A DNA stretch of 64,000 nt from Bacillota bacterium (lineage in GTDB: Bacteria > Bacillota > Limnochordia > Darwinibacteriales > Darwinibacteriaceae). Position numbers and translations under genes: made by a program. The stretch is from assembly GCA_012837925.1 (NCBI GenBank), contig DUQE01000049.1, positions 13,997-77,996 of the forward strand. The letters run 5' to 3'. Shown in pieces: positions 1 through 9,526 of this stretch (position 1 is the first letter of the stretch; each line of letters opens with the position of its first letter). A model generated the notes under the pieces. The model saw only the letters and a list, made by a program, of their open reading frames with translations, did not search any database and had not been told where the DNA came from.

Positions 1-306
1 GCCTGATGCCCCATGGGTGAGGGCACCTAGAATGGACTCGTCATCATCAAATGTCGTAAGAATCAAAATCGCCGTCTCAGGAAAATCGCGTTTGATGAGG
101 CGTGTAGCCTCCACGCCCCCGATCTCTGGCATTCGTATGTCCATGAGAACAACCTGTGGACGATGTGTTTTCACTTGTTCATAGGCATCTGCACCGTTAC
201 CCGCTTCTGCAACTACGAGAATGTCGGGATAGGTCTCCAGAATTGCGCGTAGTCCATCGCGGATAATGGTCTGATCGTCCGCCAAAAGAACAGTTATCGG
301 ATTCAT
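1..306 (-). CDS. Response regulator, N-terminal receiver domain only (partial; C-terminus beyond window). NarL/LuxR family assumed from partner kinase
   Basis: Reverse translation from ATG at 304-306 gives MNPITVLLADDQTIIRDGLRAILETYPDILVVAEAGNGADAYEQVKTHRPQVVLMDIRMPEIGG..., a typical receiver domain with the conserved Asp. The start overlaps the upstream kinase stop as ATGA. Confidence 0.7.
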   Translation of the reverse strand, partial: MNPITVLLADDQTIIRDGLRAILETYPDILVVAEAGNGADAYEQVKTHRPQVVLMDIRMPEIGGVEATRLIKRDFPETAILILTTFDDDESILGALTHGASG

Positions 307-1715
307 CACATGCCCTCCTCGTGCGCAACGGGGATTGTCAGGCTGACGGTAAATCCTTCTCCAGGTTCACTGTGTACCTCCGTCGTGCCACCTACTCCCT
401 GTATACGCTCCTGCATAATGGATAATCCGGAACCAGGCCGCACTTCCGACGATCCTTGGCCGTTATCGGTAAAGGTTAGTCGTAGTCGACCATGATGTTC
501 CATCATGAGAATATCTGCCTGTGATGCGTACCCGTGCCTAATGGCATTGGTGGCACACTCCTTGATCGCTGAGAGCAAAATGCCCGCCTGAAGTGGTGGA
601 AGGGTAACCTCTGATTCCATAATGACATGGATCTCAAGTCCGGTGTCAAGACGGATCTCGCCTAAGAGCCGGTCAAGGGATGTGGCAAAATCGGTTTCGC
701 TTCCCGCCCTGATTGCTCTGACAGAAGCACGAAGCTCAGAAAGGCCCCGCCTAACCTGTTCCTTCCCCTGGTGCAGTTTCTGTGCCGCCTGCGAATCGGG
801 GAGAAGCGTCTCGGCAGCTTCGAGTGCCATGACAGCCGCAGTTAAAGTATGGCCCACCGTATCATGCATCTCGGCAGCCATGCGGTTACGTTCCTCAATG
901 ACGGCCAACGCCTTGAGCTGTTCCGATTGCTCGTTCACTGTACCTAGTAAAGACTCCAATTTAACGCTAGTAATCATCTGCTTCTTTAGGGTATAAAAGG
1001 CCAGAAGGGCAAGGAGTACAACCAGTGTATTTACGAAGAAATAGCGAACTAGATTGCTCATGTCAACACTGGACGCCGAGGCAATGGTCCTTGCAATGCT
1101 TCCTAGAAGATACGCTCCCAGCGCACCTATTCCGTACGCATTTGCACGAGGCAATGAAGCCCGGTTGATTGCGCTGAACCCCGCGATAATGGAAAGAAAG
1201 AGGTTGTCCCCTGAAGCGTCAAGGTATTGAATGGGAATGCACAGAATCAGTTGCAGCATCGGTAAGATTGGTTCGGGTATGAATCGCTTGTCTTCGGGGA
1301 GTAGGTTGTGTAGCAGCATGATCAAAAAGGAAGTTGTTAGTAAGACAAGCAAAGGGGCAAAGCTCCTAGTTCCAGAGTTCTCTGCCAGCATGTGCAGGCC
1401 CATAACCTGATACGCGATCAACAACAGGAAGAAAATGCCCTTGCTCGTTAGGTGCGTGGCTCTTTCCACTTCAGCGAAGGAGGTATCGCTTGGCGGAGTC
1501 TTTTCTGCGCGAAAGAGGTGAAAAGCAATAGCCGCCAGACCAAAGATAGCAATAGATGCTATATAAAGGCGTTTGCGTAAGGGCTTTTGGTTTTTCTCTC
1601 TGATGCTCTCTGCAATGCAAAGACTCTGCATCCAGAGCTGGGTCAGTACCGCAGGTAGCAAGAATGGCCAAATCTCCATAATTTTCACGGTGCTCTTCAC
1701 CTTCCCTGCACGCAA
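306..1715 (-). CDS. Sensor histidine kinase, HisKA_3 (NarL-type) with a polytopic N-terminal membrane domain
   Basis: The N-terminal ~250 aa are hydrophobic (about 6-7 TM segments). Then comes a coiled-coil plus H-box (AAEMHDTVGHTLTA) and a HATPase_c region (ATNAIRHG ... DNGQG ... GSGL). The true start may be internal (GTG/ATG near MEIWPF). It is 4-nt overlap-coupled to the downstream regulator. Confidence 0.8.
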   Translation of the reverse strand: MRAGKVKSTVKIMEIWPFLLPAVLTQLWMQSLCIAESIREKNQKPLRKRLYIASIAIFGLAAIAFHLFRAEKTPPSDTSFAEVERATHLTSKGIFFLLLIAYQVMGLHMLAENSGTRSFAPLLVLLTTSFLIMLLHNLLPEDKRFIPEPILPMLQLILCIPIQYLDASGDNLFLSIIAGFSAINRASLPRANAYGIGALGAYLLGSIARTIASASSVDMSNLVRYFFVNTLVVLLALLAFYTLKKQMITSVKLESLLGTVNEQSEQLKALAVIEERNRMAAEMHDTVGHTLTAAVMALEAAETLLPDSQAAQKLHQGKEQVRRGLSELRASVRAIRAGSETDFATSLDRLLGEIRLDTGLEIHVIMESEVTLPPLQAGILLSAIKECATNAIRHGYASQADILMMEHHGRLRLTFTDNGQGSSEVRPGSGLSIMQERIQGVGGTTEVHSEPGEGFTVSLTIPVAHEEGM

Positions 1716-1743
1716 TGATGTCGGGTAAACCTGAGATATGGAG

Positions 1744-1775
1744 AAGAAAAATCCCCTGTCGTACCTAGACAGAGG
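1744..1775 (-). terminator. Rho-independent terminator downstream of secG
   Basis: On the minus strand, stem CCUCUGUC / GACAGGGG (one G-U pair) with a 7-nt loop, followed by AUUUUUCUUCUCC. Confidence 0.5.
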
Positions 1776-1793
1776 ATGAAGTATACTATGTGG

Positions 1794-2015
1794 TTAGAAC
1801 CAGACAGATAACACGACAGAAAGGACCATGAAACCAACAGCGAGATACGTTGTTGCCGTCGAGAGGATCTCTTCGCTTCCTTTACGCTGGTTAAAGAACA
1901 TCCGGCCGCCTCCACCAATAGAGCCTAGTCCTTCACCCTTGCTCTCCTGGAGTACCACCGCGACGATCAAAGCAATACAGACAATAAACTGGATAATCAT
2001 CAAAAAGGTTCCCAT
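1794..2015 (-). CDS. secG: Preprotein translocase subunit SecG
   Basis: 73 aa: MGTFLMIIQFIVCIALIVAVVLQESKGEGLGSIGGGG... with two TM helices and a Gly-rich loop typical of SecG. GGGAGGTG RBS upstream. Confidence 0.85.
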   Translation of the reverse strand: MGTFLMIIQFIVCIALIVAVVLQESKGEGLGSIGGGGRMFFNQRKGSEEILSTATTYLAVGFMVLSVVLSVWF

Positions 2016-2058
2016 AGTCTTATGACACCTCCCTGCCCATTCATGACACTACTAGGTT

Positions 2059-2086
2059 ATTGTATCACAGTGTACTCCCGCAAGCA
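2059..2086 (-). promoter_or_regulatory. Sigma-A-like promoter for secG
   Basis: Minus strand: TTGCTT, 16-17 nt spacer, TACAAT, about 40 nt upstream of the secG ATG. Confidence 0.45.
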
Positions 2087-2125
2087 AGAAAAAACGGCTA
2101 GCCATTCCTCTGCACCATGGGGGCC

Positions 2126-3418
2126 TCACTTTCTCAGAAACGACTGGTACCACAGCGCGCTATCCTTCAATATGCGTTCTTGAGTCTCAAAGTCCACATA
2201 GACGATGCCAAAACGACGATCATAACCAAAGGCCCACTCAAAGTTGTCCAACAGAGACCAAACATAGTATCCCTTCAGTGGTACACCTGCTTGAATCGCC
2301 CTTTCCGCCTGCTCAAAATGCTGCTCCAGATATTCTTGGCGCTGCCTATCGTGAACCCTTCCCGCTTCAACGACATCGTGATAAGCGGCTCCATTCTCCG
2401 TAATGTAGATCGGAATGGGACCATAGTCTTCGTGCACGCGAACCAGCAAGTCGTATAGCCCTTCGGGGTATACCTCCCACCCCATGGCTGTAACTGGTCC
2501 TTGGGGGTTCGAAACTCTACCTGCAGCTGAGACTAAGCCCCGGCTGTAGAAGTTGATCCCTAGAAAATCATTGGAGCCTGCGATTAACTCAAGATCCCCC
2601 TCGTGAACTGCGGGGACGACGTAAGCAAGCAACTCCCCCATGTCCTTGGGATAGGCACCCTTGAACAAGGGATCCAGATACCATCGGTTTTGGAATCCAT
2701 CAGCTTTTCTTGTAGCTTCCAGGTCCTCGGGCTTAGAAGAGACGGAGTACTGCGGTGCCAAGTTGAGCGTAATGCCTATTTCAGCGGGCAGGCGCAGTTG
2801 ACGATAGCCCTGCAAGGCCAAACCATGCCCTAAGAGGAGATGGTGCGCAGCCACAATGTGCGATGGAAAATCGGCCTTACCAGGAGCATGTTCTCCATTG
2901 CCATAACCCAAGAACGCAGAGCACCAGGGCTCATTGAGGGTGATCCAAGAGGTGACTACGTCACCTAGTTCTTCAAAGGCGACCATGGCATAGTCTCGGA
3001 AGTACATTGCAGTATCCCGATTGAGCCAACCGCCCTTGTCTTCCAAGACTTGAGGGAGGTCCCAATGATAGAGGGTGACAGCCGGAGCGATTCCCTGCTC
3101 AAGTAATTCCGCGATAAGACGCTTATAAAAGTCGAGTCCCTTCTGGTTCGCCTTCCCCTTACCTTCCGGCAAGATACGCGGCCAGGCTAGAGAGAAACGA
3201 TAACTATCTACCCCGAGCTGCTTTATTAAAGCGACATCTTCCTTGTAGCGATGATAATGATCGCAAGCGACATCACCTGTGTCCCCATTTAAGACTTTGC
3301 CCGGTGTTCTTGAGAAGCGATCCCAGATCGACTCACTTCGTCCGTCTTCATAAACAGCGCCTTCAATTTGATACGATGCTGTAGCTACACCCCACACAAA
3401 CTCCTTCGGAAACTTCAT
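2126..3418 (-). CDS. GH1 family beta-glucosidase / 6-phospho-beta-glucosidase-like
   Basis: 430 aa. N-terminal FPKEFVWGVATASYQIEGA, acid/base TLNEP, nucleophile motif YITENGAAY. GGGAGG RBS. Confidence 0.9.
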   Translation of the reverse strand: MKFPKEFVWGVATASYQIEGAVYEDGRSESIWDRFSRTPGKVLNGDTGDVACDHYHRYKEDVALIKQLGVDSYRFSLAWPRILPEGKGKANQKGLDFYKRLIAELLEQGIAPAVTLYHWDLPQVLEDKGGWLNRDTAMYFRDYAMVAFEELGDVVTSWITLNEPWCSAFLGYGNGEHAPGKADFPSHIVAAHHLLLGHGLALQGYRQLRLPAEIGITLNLAPQYSVSSKPEDLEATRKADGFQNRWYLDPLFKGAYPKDMGELLAYVVPAVHEGDLELIAGSNDFLGINFYSRGLVSAAGRVSNPQGPVTAMGWEVYPEGLYDLLVRVHEDYGPIPIYITENGAAYHDVVEAGRVHDRQRQEYLEQHFEQAERAIQAGVPLKGYYVWSLLDNFEWAFGYDRRFGIVYVDFETQERILKDSALWYQSFLRK

Positions 3419-3504
3419 TCGCCAGTCCTCCCAAATTGCACCATACTACGTTGTTGCCTACTTCGCCGTCTCCACGAGGGATTCCTTTATCATGATCCCG
3501 CACA

Positions 3505-3528
3505 CAAAAAAACGGGCGTTCTGCCCGT
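3505..3528 (-). terminator. Weak intrinsic terminator / attenuator between the MBL-fold gene and the beta-glucosidase gene
   Basis: Minus strand ACGGGC-agaac-GCCCGU followed by UUUUUUU. Confidence 0.4.
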
Positions 3529-3541
3529 CTTTCCGATTAAC

Positions 3542-4489
3542 TTAGTCGAGAATACTATTGATGCGGTCAAACTGTGAGATCACAGTGTACTCACCATCAC
3601 CGGTTGTAGATACCGCTACCGCACCGTCGATACTGGTAATATAAGTATCGGTACCGGCTTTGGAGTAATTGCGGTAAATCCGCAACTCTTCAATGGCGTC
3701 ACTCATCATCACAGCAACCTGGGCACCAATTGCTTCACGGAACGGTTTGCTCGAAGAAGTACCTGCACCGTGATGGGGTACTTTGAGCACTCCACTGCGG
3801 AGCTTATCACCATAGCGTGCCGCGATCTCCCGCTCAGCCGCCGTATACAAATCGCCTGAAAACAGGAACGACGAGTCGCCATAGGTCAGTTTCATCAGCA
3901 AAGACAAGTTGTTGATGAACTGGGTGCTTCCGTCTGGATACCCTTCATAATACTCAATGCCCGGTGCGGGATGAAACACCTCAACCAGGACGTGCTCACC
4001 AAACATGAAGGTGTCACCCTCGGAGAGGATGATGTGAGGCGTCTCAGTGGCTGCCAAAGCTTCCATGTAGCTACGGTAATGCGAGGTGTTGTACTCCACC
4101 TCTGTCGTGTAAACGGCCCCGATGTCGTACGCATAGATCAACTGAGCCATGCTTCCAACGTGATCAACATGGGGATGTGATGCTATCAGATAGTCAATTC
4201 TAGTTACTCCCATCGCCTCTAAGGCGTTTTGTATGTCGATAAAGGTGCTGGGATTACCAGTATCAACGATCATGACTTTTCCATCAGGTGATGTCAGAAT
4301 CGTACTGTCCCCACTCTTGTCGTCACTGCGGGTGATCAACTGTAGGAAGCGGGCCGTGAGTCGACCTGCGTCCTGCGTGGAATCAAAGACTTGATCATAG
4401 CGGTCCACTCGTTCTTCTGCAAGAACTGTGACGCTCAAGACGACGATCAGAGCCAAGACCAGAACTGAAACTCTTCTCATGTTTCTCAT
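3542..4489 (-). CDS. Secreted MBL-fold metallo-hydrolase
   Basis: Signal peptide (MRRVSVLVLALIVVLSVTVLA), HxHxDH motif (ASHPHVDHVG) and downstream His/Asp ligands (VPHHG). Confidence 0.7.
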   Translation of the reverse strand: MRNMRRVSVLVLALIVVLSVTVLAEERVDRYDQVFDSTQDAGRLTARFLQLITRSDDKSGDSTILTSPDGKVMIVDTGNPSTFIDIQNALEAMGVTRIDYLIASHPHVDHVGSMAQLIYAYDIGAVYTTEVEYNTSHYRSYMEALAATETPHIILSEGDTFMFGEHVLVEVFHPAPGIEYYEGYPDGSTQFINNLSLLMKLTYGDSSFLFSGDLYTAAEREIAARYGDKLRSGVLKVPHHGAGTSSSKPFREAIGAQVAVMMSDAIEELRIYRNYSKAGTDTYITSIDGAVAVSTTGDGEYTVISQFDRINSILD

Positions 4490-4518
4490 GTTCTAACAAA
4501 CCTCCTCGGCGTGCAACA

Positions 4519-5667
4519 CTATTTCATTGCAGCCTTGCTCATTCCGGTCATGATGTACTTCTGCAAGACGAGGAAGAGTAGAATAATCGGGATGATGGCC
4601 ATAACTGCACCGGCCATGATCTCGTTGTAGTTTGCAACTTCCATGCCTGCAAAGGTCTGGCGCAGACGAGTTACACCAACCGCGATTGTGCGGTACTCAT
4701 CGCGCGTTGCCACCATTTTCGGCCAAAAGTAGTTGTTCCATCCATTAATAAAGGTAATGATGGAAATCGTGATCAAGGTTGGCTTCGTCATAGGAATCAA
4801 GACATTCCAAATCAAGCCAATGCGGCCTAACCCATCCACTCTTCCAGCATCTAGATAGCTCTCGTCCACGGCCTTGAAGGCTTGGCGTAGCATGAAGATG
4901 AAGTACGCACTCACCAAGTTCGGAACGATGAGACCAGGGAAACTATTAATCCATCCCAGGCGAGAAATCATGACATAGATGGGTACAAAGGTAACTTGGA
5001 TGGGAACCATTAACGCTCCCAAAACCAGGAGAAACAGTACATTCTGTCCCTTGAATTTCCCTTTGGCAAACCCATAAGCTGCCAAGATACCAAAGACCAA
5101 CTCACCAAGCATTACAAAGAACGTGCTCACCAAGGTGTTAAACAGGTAACGGACAAAAGGTGCGCGGTTGAGTACGTTCGGGAAATTTTGCCACTGGAAG
5201 TCTCGTGGCCAGAGCGTGGGCACGGGAAGAAGCAGCTCCGTACTTGTCTTGAGCGATGAGATGACCATCCAGTAAATCGGAAACAGCATAATCGCGGTGA
5301 TACCAATGGCCGCTAGGTATTGCAGTACCACTCGCAGCTTTCCTAGATTTTTCTTGGTCTGGAAAGACACCTTGTCTCGATAGTACGAAGCTACGGCAAG
5401 GAAAAATACACCAAGGGCGGTAGCGGCCAAGGTAATGAGGCCAATGCTTAGGAAGCTACTGCGCCTTGTGGCTAGCATTCCAAGGTTTTGCCGAATCTCA
5501 AAATCCGTGAGTCCTTCAGCCATATTGCTCATTTGTACGGAGTATTGAATCATACCCGCAACGCTTAAACCAACCAACACAATGCCTACTGCTAAGAAAA
5601 AGACGAGAACGTCAAACCAGCCGGATTGACGCATCCTGAGTAACAGAGTATCACGCATTTCTGGCAT
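4519..5667 (-). CDS. Carbohydrate ABC transporter permease (CUT1, MalG-like) with N-terminal extension
   Basis: Multiple TM segments and a conserved permease core (NSFPGLIVP...). ATG at 5667 is preceded by GGAGGG with a 7-nt spacer. Confidence 0.85.
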   Translation of the reverse strand: MPEMRDTLLLRMRQSGWFDVLVFFLAVGIVLVGLSVAGMIQYSVQMSNMAEGLTDFEIRQNLGMLATRRSSFLSIGLITLAATALGVFFLAVASYYRDKVSFQTKKNLGKLRVVLQYLAAIGITAIMLFPIYWMVISSLKTSTELLLPVPTLWPRDFQWQNFPNVLNRAPFVRYLFNTLVSTFFVMLGELVFGILAAYGFAKGKFKGQNVLFLLVLGALMVPIQVTFVPIYVMISRLGWINSFPGLIVPNLVSAYFIFMLRQAFKAVDESYLDAGRVDGLGRIGLIWNVLIPMTKPTLITISIITFINGWNNYFWPKMVATRDEYRTIAVGVTRLRQTFAGMEVANYNEIMAGAVMAIIPIILLFLVLQKYIMTGMSKAAMK

Positions 5668-5683
5668 ATGGTGTCCCTCCTTC

Positions 5684-6874
5684 CTAAGAGTCGTAACTGA
5701 CGGATCTGTTCGACCACGCCATGGTTAATGCTGTGGACACAAGCAGAATCACAAAGAAGATGACCGATACAGCTGCGGAACGCGCCGCACGGAAATCACG
5801 GAACGACAAGTTGTAAATCCACTGGACCATTACGTTTGTCGCTGTTCCTGGTCCACCGCCCGTCATAACGTCCACCGATTGGAACACCTTCATACTGGCG
5901 ATAAACGTGGTTACAAACAGGAACAAGCTGGTAGGTGCCAACATCGGTAGCGTGATAAAGCGTAAGCGCTGGACACCGTCTGCTCCATCAATTTCAGCTG
6001 CTTCATAATAGTCTTTCGGGATTCCCTGCATAGCAGAGAGATAGATCATCATGGCATAGCCTACAACGCGCCAGGCGGTGAGAATAAGCACACCGTACAA
6101 CGCCGTGTCAGCCTGTACCAACCAATTCGGACCCTTGAGGCCAATCAGCGATAGAGCATAGTTTAAAATACCATAGTTGCCGTGGAGAATCCAAATAAAC
6201 ACGACTGCACTTGTGGCGACAGCAATGTACTTTGGCATGAATACCACAGCACGCAGAGCATTGAATGTCTTGTTCATGCGGTTAAAGAGTAGTGCCAGTA
6301 AAAGTCCGCCGACCAGGGTGATAAACAATTCCCAAAACGTATAGCGAGCTGTAATCAGGAGTGACTCGCTAAACCGCGTCCACCCCGACTGAAGGAACAG
6401 CCAGCGATAGTTACGCAGACCGATAAAAGGCTGAGGATCGGCCACCAGCATGCGCATGTCGGTGAGACTGATGCGTACCAGATCAACGATGGGGAAGTAG
6501 ACAAAAAGCATAAAGAAGAACAGCGCAGGTTGAACACAGAAGAGATCCTTCATGGCCTCCCAGGACTGCACACGTAGCATAATACCATTAAATATGAAAG
6601 CTATTCCCACAATCATGATAATGATCGCATTGTTCATCACTGTGCTTAAAAACGCAATAGGAACAGTACCGCGACCTTCACCAAACAGGTCTACTGTCCC
6701 GGTGATGGGAATCTCAAAGGATCTGGATTCCGTGCGGGCTTCATATACTATGCTGGAAATGTGTCGTAAGGACTCAAGATTAAGATCACCCATGAGCCAA
6801 CCATAAATGCCTACTCCCAGAACCACTACACCCAAAACCAGCAAGAAAACCGATATGGTTTTTTGAGTCTTCAC
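5684..6874 (-). CDS. Carbohydrate ABC transporter permease (CUT1, MalF-like)
   Basis: EAA loop EAAEIDGADGVQRLRFITLP, 6+ TM segments, N-terminal extra TM region. Confidence 0.85.
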   Translation of the reverse strand: MKTQKTISVFLLVLGVVVLGVGIYGWLMGDLNLESLRHISSIVYEARTESRSFEIPITGTVDLFGEGRGTVPIAFLSTVMNNAIIIMIVGIAFIFNGIMLRVQSWEAMKDLFCVQPALFFFMLFVYFPIVDLVRISLTDMRMLVADPQPFIGLRNYRWLFLQSGWTRFSESLLITARYTFWELFITLVGGLLLALLFNRMNKTFNALRAVVFMPKYIAVATSAVVFIWILHGNYGILNYALSLIGLKGPNWLVQADTALYGVLILTAWRVVGYAMMIYLSAMQGIPKDYYEAAEIDGADGVQRLRFITLPMLAPTSLFLFVTTFIASMKVFQSVDVMTGGGPGTATNVMVQWIYNLSFRDFRAARSAAVSVIFFVILLVSTALTMAWSNRSVSYDS

Positions 6875-6937
6875 ATTACCACCTCAAACATGATGGAGGG
6901 GGGAGATCCCCCCTCGGAGTTAGCAAAACAGTCTATT

Positions 6938-8227
6938 CTAGTAGTCTTCGAGAATCTCTTCAACAGTCTGTGCCAGGTTATCCAATGTTGCCTGGATTGG
7001 AGCACCTTCGTTGAAGATGAGAGCGAGCGCATGACGCCACTCGTTAGCGATGGAGTCATAAGCTGGATGCTGGTTACGAGGGTTAATCCAACCGGCCATG
7101 GAAACGATGTTGGCCATTGCAGGCTTGCGCTCAAGGTACTCAGCGTACTCAGGAGTAGCCATGACGGACTGACGTGTTGGGAAGTAACCAGTTTGGTCTG
7201 CCCAGTACAGGTTGATCTCTGGGCTGGCCATGAACATCATGAACTGCCAAGCAGCGTTCTTTTGCTTTTGCGATGCTACCTTTGGAATCAAGATGGTTGC
7301 TCCGCCAACTTCGCTCTTGAAGCTTACGCCGTCTTCGCCACCTGGCAACCAGGCCATGCCAACTTCAAAATCGCTGTTTTGTACATAGGTGTCAAACAGA
7401 GAACTGGTATGGAATACGCTGAATGCTCCGCCATCCCAGAAAAGTTGACGCATGTTGCCGGATGCTCCTGTGCCATAGGCATAGTAAGCATAACCCTTGT
7501 CAATCCATTCTTTCATCTTGGTTGTGACATAAACGGATGCTTCACCGTTGAGGTCTGTGCTGAAGCCATCTTCGAGAATTACGTCAACGCCGTTGTTCAT
7601 GAACAGAGTCTCATAGTACCAGTAGTCCCAGCCACCAAAGACTGTACCGTAACGAGCGGTGGTTCCGTCTTCGTTAAATACGGTTGCTTTCTCGAGGAAA
7701 GCTTCAAACTCGTCAAATGTCTTTGGCATTTCGATGCCTTCTGCATCGGCCATGGTCTTGTTGTAGTACATAACTTGGGTGGAAATCAGATATGGCAATA
7801 CAATCTGTTTACCATCATAGGAGGTGGAGGCGATGAGACCTTCACCGAAGTCTGCAATGTCAAAGTTGTAGGCTTCAATGTATGGATCGAGGATTTCGAC
7901 GATCCCATTTGCGCCGTAGCTTGCTGGATACGAGGTGTTAGCGGTTGCGAGAGCGGGTACATCACCAGCTGCAATAGCTGCGATGAGCTGGCTGTTAATC
8001 TCTGCGTAGCTACCGATATAGACAGGTTCTACTGTGATCAGAGGATTTTGCTCTTGGAAACGCTCAACCATATAGTTCAAATACTCATGCCATTGGTCTT
8101 CATGGGCATGCCACCAGGTAATGGTGATGGGTTCAGTTACGTCGTAACGAGAAGTGTCGGCCGCGGCCACACCAACTACAGACAACATCATAAGCAAAGC
8201 AACGATCAGACTTATGCGTTTTTTCAT
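6938..8227 (-). CDS. Extracellular sugar-binding protein (ABC SBP family 1)
   Basis: Signal peptide MKKRISLIVALLMMLSVVGVAAA, then a typical SBP_bac_1 region (ITWWHAHEDQW...). The ORF-track call (..8353) is N-terminally over-extended. ATG at 8227 has AGGAGGG upstream. Confidence 0.85.
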   Translation of the reverse strand: MKKRISLIVALLMMLSVVGVAAADTSRYDVTEPITITWWHAHEDQWHEYLNYMVERFQEQNPLITVEPVYIGSYAEINSQLIAAIAAGDVPALATANTSYPASYGANGIVEILDPYIEAYNFDIADFGEGLIASTSYDGKQIVLPYLISTQVMYYNKTMADAEGIEMPKTFDEFEAFLEKATVFNEDGTTARYGTVFGGWDYWYYETLFMNNGVDVILEDGFSTDLNGEASVYVTTKMKEWIDKGYAYYAYGTGASGNMRQLFWDGGAFSVFHTSSLFDTYVQNSDFEVGMAWLPGGEDGVSFKSEVGGATILIPKVASQKQKNAAWQFMMFMASPEINLYWADQTGYFPTRQSVMATPEYAEYLERKPAMANIVSMAGWINPRNQHPAYDSIANEWRHALALIFNEGAPIQATLDNLAQTVEEILEDY

Positions 8228-8318
8228 TTTGTAATGTTCCCTCCTGCTATTGACCTGTATTGAAGTTTCTAACCTAGACATATCTTCCTTGCTCACACCG
8301 ATAGTTATGTCTGAGCCA

Positions 8319-9488
8319 TTAACCACCTCCCTTAATGGCAAAGGCACGTTCAAATACTACTGGGGGCGCACAAGACTCCCTCAACACCAGCTCCATAGGC
8401 AGGGTCTGTCCCACCGGAGATTCGATGCTGCCATCCATTGCACCCAACAAGATCATCGCTGCTGCTTTACCAATTTCATATGTTGGGCAGTTTACGGTAG
8501 TAATGGCCGGTTCTAAATTGGCCGAGATCCCTATGTTATCAAAACCCATGATGGAAAGATCTCGTCCCACTGTGCGGCCCGCTACCCTAGCTGCTCGTAA
8601 AAGGTCGGCTGCTGCCAGATCATTTAGACATATGACTGCGGTCATCTTGGGAGACTTCTTCAAAAACTCAACCAGCTCGGCAATGACTTTTCGCTCGTGT
8701 TCCTTGGAACGATCCTCAAGGTATACATAGCGGTGGTCTTCTAAGTCTGTTAACATCATCGCCCGGTCGATGGCCAAGCCGTTGTCACTCATGGCATCTC
8801 TGTATCCTTGAATACGTTCTTGCAGTGAAACCAAGAATCCCGGGTGTTTGGTAACTAGTCCGATATTACGATGGCCAAGTCCGATAAGGTACGATGCTGC
8901 ATCATATCCACCTTGATAGTTGTTGGCCTCTACATAATTTGATTCCATGTATGCATAGTGTCGAGTCATCACCGTGGGGATACCCTGTTTTTGTAGCTCG
9001 AAGATCCAGGGATTGTAGTAATCAGAGGCTGTAGCATGGATGATCACCCCTGGACAGCCTTGATCAATGATCTTCTTTATGTACTCGCCCTCTGTCTGCT
9101 GGCTGTTATTAGTAGAAAGCACGGATACGCTGTGCCCATGGTTAAACAATACTTCCTGGGCTCCCGTCACAATTCTTCCGGTAAAGCTTGTGGTTAGGTA
9201 AGGAACGATAATCTGAACATTACCTCCGCCGTTGACCATGCGAGCTTGCCTGTCAGCGACAAATGTCCCCCGACCATGGAGTCGATCAATCAGACCTGCA
9301 TTCTCCAAGGAAATGAGGGCATGACGAATTGTTGCACGACTCACTCCATAGTGTGCTGCCAATTCCAACTCCGTGGCCAGTTTTTCCCCGGATTTGAGAT
9401 TCGAACGGACAATGTCTGCCTGGATCCTTTGCGCTACTTCTTCGTACAGACACGTTCCAGCCTTTGCTTGTGGATTGCGCTCGTTCAT
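8319..9488 (-). CDS. AraR-like transcriptional regulator (GntR-type winged HTH fused to a LacI/PBP-type sugar-binding domain)
   Basis: N-terminal LYEEVAQRIQADI...LATELELAAHYGVSRATIRHALISLENAGLI (GntR HTH). The C-terminal ~330 aa form a periplasmic-binding-protein-like fold, as in B. subtilis AraR. ATG at 9488 is chosen because the predicted promoter lies upstream of it but downstream of the ORF-track TTG at 9539. Confidence 0.75.
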   Translation of the reverse strand: MNERNPQAKAGTCLYEEVAQRIQADIVRSNLKSGEKLATELELAAHYGVSRATIRHALISLENAGLIDRLHGRGTFVADRQARMVNGGGNVQIIVPYLTTSFTGRIVTGAQEVLFNHGHSVSVLSTNNSQQTEGEYIKKIIDQGCPGVIIHATASDYYNPWIFELQKQGIPTVMTRHYAYMESNYVEANNYQGGYDAASYLIGLGHRNIGLVTKHPGFLVSLQERIQGYRDAMSDNGLAIDRAMMLTDLEDHRYVYLEDRSKEHERKVIAELVEFLKKSPKMTAVICLNDLAAADLLRAARVAGRTVGRDLSIMGFDNIGISANLEPAITTVNCPTYEIGKAAAMILLGAMDGSIESPVGQTLPMELVLRESCAPPVVFERAFAIKGGG

Positions 9489-9526
9489 TGTATCAACACT
9501 ACTCCCATAAGCTTCTCTTGAAATTA

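Noticed and set aside
6863-8263. 466-aa plus-strand ORF almost exactly antisense to the sugar-binding-protein gene
   Set aside because: Its translation is Cys/Trp/His-rich nonsense-like with no motifs. The minus-strand frame encodes a textbook signal-peptide SBP embedded in an operon. In 55% GC DNA, long antisense shadow ORFs are expected.
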